Below, in pieces: positions 1-9,600 of a stretch of DNA of 27,491 bases. Positions within the stretch are counted from its first letter, which is position 1. The number at the start of each line of letters is the position of its first letter. The position numbers were made by a program, and so were the translations under genes. The notes beneath the pieces are model-generated. The model did no database searches, was not told the origin of the DNA, and saw only the letters and a program-made list of their open reading frames with translations. This DNA comes from a virus (Duplodnaviria > Caudoviricetes), in IMG/VR virus record IMGVR_UViG_3300017743_000090, positions 1 through 27,491 of that record. One strand, written 5' to 3'.

Positions 1-1967
1 ACTGTACCTGAAGTACCTGTTGAACCTGAAGAACCAGATGTTTTACTTGAACCAGATGCCCCTGAAATACCAGAAGTACCTGTAGATGCTGATGTACCTG
101 AAGTGCCTGATGTTTGGCTTGCACCTGAAGAACCTGTAGAACCACTTGTACCTGAAGTACCTGAATTTCCTGAAGTTCTTGATGCTCCTGTTGTACCTGA
201 TGTACCTGAAGAACCTGATGTTCCTGATTTTCCTGATGTACGAGAAGCACCTGTTGTTCCTGCAGTTCCTGAAGAACCTGATGTACCACTTTCACCTGAA
301 GAACCTGAAGCACCTACTGTACCTGAAGTACCTGTTGAACCTGAAGAACCAGATGTTTTACTTGAACCAGATGCCCCTGAAATACCAGAAGTACCTGTTG
401 AACCTGATGTACCTGACTTTCCGGAAGTACCATTAGCACCTGAAGATCCTCCTGAACCTGAAGTACCTGATTCTCCTGAAGAACCACTTGCACCTACTGT
501 ACCTGAAGTACCTGTAGAACCACTTGTACCACTTGTTTTACTTGAACCTGCAGCACCTGCTATACCACTTGTACCTGTAGATCCTGATGTACCCGCTGTA
601 CCTGAAGTACCTCCTACACCTGAAGAACCTGATGTACCACTTTCACCTGAAGAACCTGAAGCACCTACTGTACCTGAAGTACCTGTTGAACCTGATGTAC
701 CTGAAGTAGCACTTCCACCTGCAACACCTGCTATACCTGAAGTACCTGTTGAACCACTTGTACCTGAAGTACCTGAAGTACCTCCTACACCTGAAGAACC
801 TGAAGTGCCTGATTCACCTGAAGAACCACTTGCACCTACTGTACCACTTGTACCAGTTGAACCTGAAGTACCTGATGTTTTACTTGATCCTGCAGCACCT
901 GCTATACCTGAAGTACCTGTAGAACCACTTGTACCAGAAGTACCTGCTGTACCTCCTACACCTGAAGAACCTCCTGAACCTGATGTGCCTGATTCTCCTG
1001 AAGAACCTGAAGCACCCCCTGTACCTGAAGTACCTGTTGAACCTGATGTTTTACTTAATCCTGAAGCTCCTGCTATACCAGAAGTACCTGTAGATCCTGA
1101 TGTACCTGAAGTACCTGCTGTACCACCTATACCTGAAGATCCTCCTGAACCTGATGTGCCACTTTCACCTGAAGAACCTGAAGCACCTATTGTACCCGAA
1201 GTACCAGTTGAACCTGATGTTTTACTTAAACCTGAAGCTCCTGAAATACCACTTGTACCTGTTGAGCCACTTGTACCAGAAGTACCTGAAGTACCTCCTA
1301 CACCTGAAGATCCTCCTGAACCTGAAGTACCTGATTCTCCTGAAGAACCACTTGCACCTATTGTACCACTTGTACCAGTTGAACCTGATGTTTTACTTGA
1401 ACCTGAAGCTCCACTTATACCTGAAGTACCATTTGAACCTGAAGTACCTGATGTAAATGATGTTCCTGATGAACCTGAAGTACTTCCTGAAGTACCAGAT
1501 GTTCCTGATTCTCCTGAAGAACCACTTGCACCTACTGTACCTGAAGTACCTGTTGAACCTGAAGTACCTGATGTATTTGATATACCTCCAGCACCAGCTG
1601 AGCCTGAAGAACCTGAAGTTGTTGAATTACCTTGAGTACCTGATGTACCTGAATTACCATTAGAACCTGATGTGCCCCCTATACCTGAAGAACCTGAGGT
1701 TCTACTTAAACCTGCAGTACCTGATGTTCCTGAAGTTCCAGAAGTTACATTACCTCCTGATGAACCTGATGTACCATTTGATCCACCACCACCTCCAGAT
1801 CCTCCTATAACTGAAACTACACGACCATCTTTATCAGTAGCTAAAACTCTATCTGTTCCTGGATCTGAAGTAGAACCTGTAGGGACACTTAAAAGGAACA
1901 AATCTTGTTTAAAAACTGATTGTCCTGGTGAATCTCGTCTACTGGAAAATTTTCTCTTTTCAGCCAT
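1..1967 (-). CDS. Second giant Gly-Ser-Thr (GXY)n repeat protein, putative virion fibre; 5' part only (>=655 aa), runs off the window
   Basis: ATG at 1967-1965. Manual translation gives MAEKRKFSSRRDSPGQSVFKQDLFLLSVPTGSTSDPGTDRVLATDKDGRVVSVIGGSGGGGGSNGTSGSSG..., then GTS/GSS/GAS/GES triplets with no stop to base 1. Preceded by the conserved upstream motif at 1995-2004. Absent from the ORF track because its stop is outside the window. Confidence 0.9.
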   Translation of the reverse strand, partial: MAEKRKFSSRRDSPGQSVFKQDLFLLSVPTGSTSDPGTDRVLATDKDGRVVSVIGGSGGGGGSNGTSGSSGGNVTSGTSGTSGTAGLSRTSGSSGIGGTSGSNGNSGTSGTQGNSTTSGSSGSAGAGGISNTSGTSGSTGTSGTVGASGSSGESGTSGTSGSTSGSSGTSFTSGTSGSNGTSGISGASGSSKTSGSTGTSGTIGASGSSGESGTSGSGGSSGVGGTSGTSGTSGSTGTSGISGASGLSKTSGSTGTSGTIGASGSSGESGTSGSGGSSGIGGTAGTSGTSGSTGTSGIAGASGLSKTSGSTGTSGTGGASGSSGESGTSGSGGSSGVGGTAGTSGTSGSTGTSGIAGAAGSSKTSGTSGSTGTSGTVGASGSSGESGTSGSSGVGGTSGTSGTSGSTGTSGIAGVAGGSATSGTSGSTGTSGTVGASGSSGESGTSGSSGVGGTSGTAGTSGSTGTSGIAGAAGSSKTSGTSGSTGTSGTVGASGSSGESGTSGSGGSSGANGTSGKSGTSGSTGTSGISGASGSSKTSGSSGSTGTSGTVGASGSSGESGTSGSSGTAGTTGASRTSGKSGTSGSSGTSGTTGASRTSGNSGTSGTSGSTGSSGASQTSGTSGTSASTGTSGISGASGSSKTSGSSGSTGTSGT
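310..1535. repeat. Higher-order coding tandem repeat, about 171-180 nt (57-60 aa) unit
   Basis: The anchor gcacc(t/c)..tgtacc (GT[VIG]GASGSSGES) recurs at 310, 490, 661, 832, 1012, 1183, 1354 and 1528, with spacings 180, 171, 171, 180, 171, 171, 174. Confidence 0.85.
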
Positions 1968-1994
1968 TTAAGGTCAATTGATTTATTTTATGGT

Positions 1995-2004
1995 GATAAA
2001 TATT
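1995..2004 (-). promoter_or_regulatory. Putative late promoter motif AATATTTATC (coding strand)
   Basis: One of 8 near-identical intergenic motifs; about 28 nt upstream of ATG 1967 and directly after a terminator. Confidence 0.6.
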
Positions 2005-2029
2005 AAAATAAGAAAGGGCGTTAGCCCCT
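2005..2029 (-). terminator. Probable intrinsic terminator
   Basis: Minus strand reads GGGC-TAAC-GCCC followed by TTTCTTATTTT, downstream of the fibre/adhesin operon. Confidence 0.6.
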
Positions 2030-2054
2030 CCAAATCTTATTTAAGAATAAAAAA

Positions 2055-2204
2055 TTATTTTTTAGTAGATTTTTTAAGGAGTTTTTTTCTTAATTCTTCA
2101 TTACTTATAAAGGTTGATTGTGAAAATTCTTCTAAAGTTAATCTTATAACTGGTTTACCACTAGTTTTTATTTTTTCTTCTATTTCAGGTGTTGATTTTA
2201 TCAT
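2055..2204 (-). CDS. Small basic hypothetical protein (49 aa)
   Basis: MIKSTPEIEEKIKTSGKPVIRLTLEEFSQSTFISNEELRKKLLKKSTKK*. Fills the gap between the 75-aa ORF and the terminator, has an A-rich upstream region, and is below the ORF-track cutoff. Confidence 0.65.
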   Translation of the reverse strand: MIKSTPEIEEKIKTSGKPVIRLTLEEFSQSTFISNEELRKKLLKKSTKK

Positions 2205-2231
2205 ATTATTTTTATTTTTTATTAAGCCAAG

Positions 2232-2459
2232 TTAGGGTTCAACCCAAATAAAATCCCCATCATAGAGGGTACTTGTACTACCATTTCCCCAATCTAAAGT
2301 GATATAGTTTTCATTTAAATTAATTACTGGTAATTCATTTTCTGTTAGACTACCAGTATAATATTGTTGAAGGATAGAACCATTATACCCCCAAACATCC
2401 ATATCTTCTTCTTCAAATTGAATAAGAGAACCACTATTTAAATTTGTTAAAACTCCCAT
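2232..2459 (-). CDS. Hypothetical protein (75 aa), acidic, possibly fibre-associated
   Basis: Starts 2 nt after the adhesin stop on the same strand; contains SGSL, NGSI, TGSL and NGST motifs. Confidence 0.75.
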   Translation of the reverse strand: MGVLTNLNSGSLIQFEEEDMDVWGYNGSILQQYYTGSLTENELPVINLNENYITLDWGNGSTSTLYDGDFIWVEP

Positions 2460-2461
2460 AA

Positions 2462-3418
2462 TTAAACTCCGTAATATGATCTTGTTGCATCTTTTAAATC
2501 TATCATATTTGCTGATGGTTGATCTGTATTAAATACATACCACCCTCCATAAATACCCATCCATTCTCTAGCTCCTGCTGCCATAGGGGATACTGTCCAA
2601 GGATCTTCACTTTGATAATCTAATGAACCTCCGGTTCCAGATAAAAAACTAGCACCTGCTTGCCAACCATTCTGTATGTTCCAAATGTACATATAATTAG
2701 AGGTAGTTCCAATAGTAGTACTATTATCTTTACCTTGCCAAACTACAAAATTCCATGCACTTAGTTCTACAGTACCAGAAGATTGAAAAGTCCTTCTATT
2801 AGTAGAACTAGTACCACCACCATCTCCTCGTAAGACTCTTATGCGATTTGATGTAGTAACATCCATTCTATAACCCCTATAATCTCTAACCCCTCCATGA
2901 GGTATATCATTTCCTAAAACTGATGTTTGACCAGAACCATTCTCATTAAAGAAAAGCCAACCACACATTACCATAGTTCCACTTTGTCCTTGTTTATAAG
3001 ATTCCCCTGCGGAAACTGGATCATATTGACCATAAGCAAATGAACCTAAACCTGGATAATCCCAAGTGTTTGTTGGGGTGCCTGGATTACCCCCATTATT
3101 GGTATAGGGAACTCCCCCACCATTAACTCCAAAATAATCAGGGTTAAGATCTTGATATGTTTCAGCATCTGCTGTAACTGGGGGTGAAAAACGGAATGTC
3201 ATAGCATCATGATCATAATTTTGCCAAGAACTCATATTAACTTGAGTCCCGGAACCACCAACAGTAGCAAATGAGGGAGTACCTGAGTAGTCGTTATGCC
3301 CATATTGGGCTTGTCCTAAAGAAACGTTGTTTTGGTTAAACTGTTTTCCCATTTCTTTATAAAGACCATTATTAGTAGCATCACCTCTTAAAAATAAATC
3401 CGTTGTTCCTAAAGGCAT
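2462..3418 (-). CDS. Putative fibre-tip adhesin with C-terminal LamG/concanavalin A-like lectin domain
   Basis: LamG-like pattern TMVMCGWLFF...WNFVVW...YMYIWN...GWYVFN...DLKDATRSYYGV. The N-terminus resembles the short attachment segments of proteins that follow S74-type fibres. TAATG overlap with the fibre stop. Confidence 0.7.
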   Translation of the reverse strand: MPLGTTDLFLRGDATNNGLYKEMGKQFNQNNVSLGQAQYGHNDYSGTPSFATVGGSGTQVNMSSWQNYDHDAMTFRFSPPVTADAETYQDLNPDYFGVNGGGVPYTNNGGNPGTPTNTWDYPGLGSFAYGQYDPVSAGESYKQGQSGTMVMCGWLFFNENGSGQTSVLGNDIPHGGVRDYRGYRMDVTTSNRIRVLRGDGGGTSSTNRRTFQSSGTVELSAWNFVVWQGKDNSTTIGTTSNYMYIWNIQNGWQAGASFLSGTGGSLDYQSEDPWTVSPMAAGAREWMGIYGGWYVFNTDQPSANMIDLKDATRSYYGV

Positions 3419-3687
3419 TATTTATTATCTATTTTAGTATTTAATTCTTTAATAGCTTCAATTAACAGTGCTACTAATTTTTCGTATTTAACTGCTTTAT
3501 ACCCATTATCTCTAGTATTTACTAATTCAGGTAATACTTTTTCAATTTCTTGGGCAATAACTCCAACATCATGTCCTGTATATGAAGATTGTTTATTATT
3601 CCAATCAAACTCATACCCACCAATTTGGTTAAGTTTTTCTAATGAATTGGTAATAGGAGTTACATTATCTTTAAATCTTCTATCTGA
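3418..3687 (-). other. Peptidase S74 (intramolecular chaperone autoprocessing) domain
   Basis: SDRRFK (Ser at 3685-3687), GVIAQE motif and a terminal coiled coil. Confidence 0.9.
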
Positions 3688-6600
3688 TGAATAGAATGCA
3701 ATAATATCACCTGTTGCTCTTAATTCACCACTAACTGTCATTACGTTAGTAGTATTATTAACTGTAACAAAACTAACTGATGATACTTGAGTTGCCGAAT
3801 CGGTTTTAACTAAGAAATCTGGGGAGTTTGCAAATGCACCACCACTAATACCACTTGTACCATTTATACTTGTACCTGAAGTTCCTGCAACACCTGTTGT
3901 ACCTGAAGTACCATTATTTCCGCTTTGTCCATTTGTACCTGCGTTACCTGAAGAACCGTTTGTACCTGATGTACCTGAAGTACGGCTTACACCATTTACA
4001 CCATGATTACCTGCAGTACCATTTGTACCTGATGTACCTGATGTACCTGAAGTAAAGGATCCTGAACCACTTGTTCCTTTTACCCCTGTAGTACCAGAAG
4101 TTCCTGAAGTTCCTGAAGTTCCTGTAGTTTTACTTGCACCTGAAGTACCTGCTGTTGATCCAGTTGTTCCTGAAGTACCATTTTTACCTGAGGTACCTGA
4201 AGTTTTGCTTTGTCCTGAGGTACCTGCTGTACCACTTGTACCTGATGTAAATGATCCTGAACCACTTACACCATTATTACCTGAAGTACCGTTTGTACCT
4301 GATGTACCTGAAGTTCGACTTGCACCTGAAGCCCCCTTATTACCTGTAGTACCATTTGAACCTGAAGTACCTGAAGTACCTGAAGTTTTATTAGCTGCTC
4401 CACTAGTAGCATTAACCCCGGTAGTTCCTGAATTTCCTGAAGTACCTGAAGTACCTGAGGTTTTACTTTGTCCTGAAGTACCGTTTGTAGCACCTGTAGT
4501 ACCTGAAGTACCATTTTTACCTGAAGTACCATTAGTACGGCTTACACCCGAAGTACCTGCAGTACCACTTGTACCTGATGTAAATGCTCCTGAACCACTT
4601 TGTCCTGCTGCTCCATTATTACCTGTTGTACCCGAAGTACCATTTGTACCTGAAGTTTTGCTTAAACCTGAACCTCCTGCATTACCTGTTGTACCTGAAG
4701 TACCGTTTGTACCTGAAGTTTTACTTAGACCTGAACCTCCTGCATTACCTGAAGTACCTGAATTACCTGTTGTACCACTAGTACCATTAGTACCACTTGT
4801 TTTACTTAAACCTGATTGACCAGCTGCTCCAGCATTACCTGTAGTTCCGTTTGAACCATTAGTACCTGAAGTTTTGCTTACACCACTTTGTCCTGCTGCT
4901 CCAGCAGCACCTGTTGAACCATTTGTACCATTAGTACCTGAAGTTTTACTTGCTCCACTTTGACCAGCATTACCATTATTACCTGTAGTACCTGAAGTAC
5001 CATTAGTTCCACTTGTTTTGCTTAAGCCTGAACCTCCTGCATTACCTGTTGTACCACTAGTACCATTTGTACCACTTGTTTTACTTAAGCCTGATTGACC
5101 AGCGTTTCCTGCAGCACCTGTTGTACCATTTGAACCATTAGTTCCAGAGGTTTTACTTGCTCCTGATTGACCTGCATTACCATTATTACCTGTTGAACCA
5201 TTTGTACCATTTGTACCTGAGGTTTTACTTAAACCTGATTGACCAGCTGCTCCAGTATTTCCAGTTGTACCTGAAGTACCATTTGTACCACTTGTTTTAC
5301 TTAAACCTGAACCTCCTGCGTTACCTGAAGTACCTGAGTTACCTGTAGTACCTGATGTACCATTTGTACCTGAAGTTTTACTTACCCCACTTTGACCAGC
5401 ATTACCTGCTGCTCCTGTAGTACCATTTGAACCATTAGTTCCTGAGGTTTTACTTGCACCACTTTGTCCTGCTACTCCAGCTGCTCCTGTTGAACCATTT
5501 GTACCATTAGTACCTGAGGTTTTGCTTAAACCTGATTGACCAGCATTTCCATTATTACCTGTTGTACCTGAAGTACCATTTGTACCTGAGGTTTTGCTTA
5601 AACCTGAACCACCAGCATTACCTGAAGTACCTGAGTTACCTGTAGTACCTGAGGTACCGTTTGTACCACTAGTTTTACTTAAACCTGATTGACCAGCGTT
5701 TCCAGCTGCTCCTGTAGTACCATTTGAACCATTAGTTCCTGAAGTAGCACTTGCTCCTGATTGACCAGCATTTCCATTATTTCCTGTTGAACCTGAAGTA
5801 CCGTTTGTACCTGAGGTTTTGCTTAATCCACTTTGTCCTGCGTTACCTGAAGTACCTGAGTTACCTGTAGTACCTGAGGTACCATTTGTACCTGATGTTT
5901 TGCTTAAACCTGATTGACCAGCATTTCCAGCTGCGCCTGTAGTTCCGTTTGAACCATTTGTACCTGATGTAGCACTTAATCCACTTTGCCCTGCGTTACC
6001 TGCAGCACCTGTTGTACCATTTGAACCATTTGTACCTGAAGTAGCACTAACACCTGATTGACCTGCATTACCATTATTTCCATTTGAACCATTAGTACCT
6101 GAAGTACCTGAGGTTTTACTTAATCCACTTTGTCCAGCATTTCCTGAAGCACCTGTTGAACCTGAAGTACCATTTGTACCTGATGTTTTACTTAAACCTG
6201 ATTGACCAGCATTTCCATTATTTCCAGTAGTACCATTTGAACCATTAGTTCCTGAAGTAGCACTTAAACCACTTTCTCCTGCTACACCTGCATTACCAGT
6301 TGAACCTGAAGTACCACTAGTTCCTGATGTTTTACTTTCACCACCTTGACCTGCATTTCCTGATGAACCCGTGGTACCAGATGTACCACTTGTAGCACTA
6401 GATTCACTTTCACCAGCTTCACCTGCTGAACCTGTTGTTCCTGAAGAACCACTAGTTCCTGATGTTTTACTTAAATTACTTGCTCCAGCATCTCCTGCTG
6501 AACCTGTTGTACCTGATGAACCTGAAGTACCAGATGTTTTACTTTCACCACCTTGACCAGCATTACCATTTGAACCTGTAGTACCACTTGTACCTGAAGT

Positions 6601-9600
6601 ATTACTTAATGCACTTTGTCCTCCATCTCCAGCAGTACCATTTGAACCTGTTGTTCCTGATGATCCTGATGTAGCTGAAATACCTGAAGTACCTGATTCA
6701 CCACTTGTACCTGAACCTGCTCCTGTACCGCTTGAACCTGTAGTACCACTTGTACCTGCAGTACCTGAAGTACTACTTAAATTACTAGCACCTGCTTCAC
6801 CTGCTGAACCTGTTGTACCACTTGAACCAGAAGTTCCTGATGTTTTACTTTCACCACCTTGACCAGCATTACCATTTGAACCTGTAGTACCACTTGTACC
6901 TGAGGTAGCACTTAAAGCACTTGCTCCAGCATCTCCTGCTGAACCAGTTGTTCCTGATGAACCTGAAGTACCTGAAGTTTGGCTTAAATTACTTTCACCT
7001 GCTTCACCTGCTGAACCAGTTGTACCTGATGATCCACTAGTCCCACTAGTAGCACTTAAATTACTTGCTCCAGCATCTCCTGCTGAACCTGTAGTACCTG
7101 AAGTACCACTTGTACCACTTGTTTTACTTAATGCACTAGCACCTGCTTCACCTGCTGAACCTGTTGTACCTGATGATCCTGAAGTTCCTGATGTTTTACT
7201 TAAACTACTTTCCCCAGATGTACCATCAACACCACTTGTACCTGAACTTCCTGTTGATCCAGAAGTACCTGATGTTTTACTTTCCCCACTTGTACCTGCT
7301 ACACCATCAGCTCCTTGTGAACCTGAAGTACCTGAAGAACCTGATGTTGCTGAGATACCTGAAGTGCCACTAGCACCTGAAGTACCAGAACCAGCTCCAG
7401 TTCCTGAAGAACCTGTTGTACCACTTGATCCTGCTGTTCCTGATGTATTACTTATATTACTTTCACCAGCTGCACCTGCTGAACCAGTTGTACCTGAAGA
7501 ACCACTAGTTCCTGATGTTTGACTTAAATTACTAGCACCTGCTTCACCTACACTACCTGTTGTTCCTGATGTGCCTGATGTACCCGATGTTTTACTATCA
7601 CCACTTTCTCCAGCTTCACCTGCTGAACCTGTTGTACCACTTGAACCAGAAGTACCTGAAGTCATACTTTGGTTACTTGCTCCATGTGATCCTGCAGTTC
7701 CTGTAGATCCAGATGTACCTGAAGTACCAGATGTTTTACTATTACCACCTTGACCAGCTTCACCATTTGAACCTGTTGTTCCTGATGAACCACTAGTTCC
7801 ACTAGTAGCACTTAAATTACTTGCTCCTGCTTCACCTGCTGAACCCGTAGTACCTGAAGAACCTGATGTTCCTGATGTTTTACTATCACCACCTTGACCA
7901 GCTTCACCATTTGAACCTGTTGTTCCTGATGAACCTGAAGTACCTGAAGTAGTACTTTCACCACCTTGACCTGCAATTCCTGAACTACCTGTTGAACCAG
8001 AAGTTCCTGAAGTACTGCTTAATGCACTTTGACCTCCATCTCCAGCAGTACCATTTGAACCGCTTGTACCTGATGTGCCTGATGTATTACTTTCTTCACT
8101 TGAACCTGCATCACCTGATGATCCAGTTGTACCACTTGAACCAGAAGTTCCTGAAGTAGCACTATTACCTCCTACTCCTCCAGCTCCTTGTGAACCTGAA
8201 GAACCTGAAGAACCTGAAGTAGCACTTATACCTGAAGTACCTGATTCACCACTTGTACCTGCTCCTGCACCCGTTCCTGAAGAACCTGTTGTACCACTTG
8301 AACCTGCAGTACCTGATGTTTTACTTTCTCCACTTTGACCAGCTTCACCTGCTGAGCCTGTAGTACCTGATGAACCGCTTGTGCCTGAAGTAGCACTTAA
8401 TTCACTTTCACCTGCAGCTCCCGTTGATCCTGTTGTACCTGAAGAGCCTGAAGTACCTGATGTTCTACTTTCACCACCTTGACCTGCTTCTCCATTTGAA
8501 CCTGTAGTACCTGATGTACCACTTGTATTGCTTAAATTACTTGCTCCAGCATCTCCTGCTGAACCTGTTGTACCTGAAGTACCTGAAGTACCACTTGTAT
8601 CACTTATATTACTTTCACCTGCTGTACCAGCATTACCAGTTGTACCTGAACTACCATTTGAACCAGATGTTCCTGAAGTACCACTTTCACCACTTGTACC
8701 TGCTACTCCATCAGCTCCTTGTGAACCTGAAGTACCAGCTGAACCTGAAGTAGCACTTATACCTGAAGTACCTGATTCACCACTTGTACCTGCTCCAGCA
8801 CCTGTTCCTGAAGAACCTGTTGTACCTGAGGAACCAGCAGTACCTGAAGTAGCTGAATTACCACTTTCTCCAAGACTACCTGCTGTACCTGTAGTACCTG
8901 AAGAACCTGATGTTCCTGAGGTAGCACTTTGATTGCTTGCTCCAGCATCTCCTGCTGAACCTGTAGTACCTGAAGTACCACTTGTACCTGATGTTTGACT
9001 TAAATTACTTTCACCTGCAGTTCCTAAAGAACCAGATGAACCTGAGGAGCCACTAGTTCCAGATGTTTTACTTTCATTACTTAAACCAGCACTACCTGTT
9101 GTACCTGTAGTACCTGAGGTGCCTGATGTGCCTGATGTTTTACTATCTCCACTTGTACCATTTACTCCTGAACTACCTGATGAACCAGAAGTTCCTGATG
9201 AACCTGATGTGCTATCATCACCTGAAGTACCTACAGAACCTGATGTCCCTGAAGTACCTGATGATCCACTAAACCCACTAAAACCATCTTCACCCGCAGA
9301 TCCATTAGTACCTGTTGATCCTGAAGTTCCTGAAGTAGCTGAATTACCACTTGAACCATTTGCACCTGAACTACCATTTGAACCTGATGTTGCAGATACA
9401 CCTGATGTACCACTAGCACCTGAACTACCTGCTCCTGCACCTGTTCCTGAAGAACCTGTTGTACCACTTGAACCTGCTGATCCTGATGTTTTACTTTCTC
9501 CGCTTTGTCCGGCTTCACCTGCTGAACCTGTAGTACCACTTGAACCAGAAGTACCTGATGTATTACTTAAATTACCTTGACCTCCATCTCCAGCTGAACC

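Noticed and set aside
103-1971. Long plus-strand Pro/Glu/Val-rich ORFs (510 aa 'PEVPEVP' and others)
   Set aside because: Antisense shadows of the GTS/GSS repeat. The real gene is on the minus strand, with a start, upstream motif and non-repetitive leader.
1978-2235. 85-aa plus-strand ORF, and the plus-strand ORFs at 11097, 15262, 16797, 17742, 24261, 24998, 25677 and 26500
   Set aside because: Antisense to well-supported minus-strand genes or overlapping terminator/promoter elements; compositions are typical of shadow frames.
2462-3418. Diversity-generating retroelement target in the adhesin
   Set aside because: No template/variable repeat pair and no reverse transcriptase in this window.
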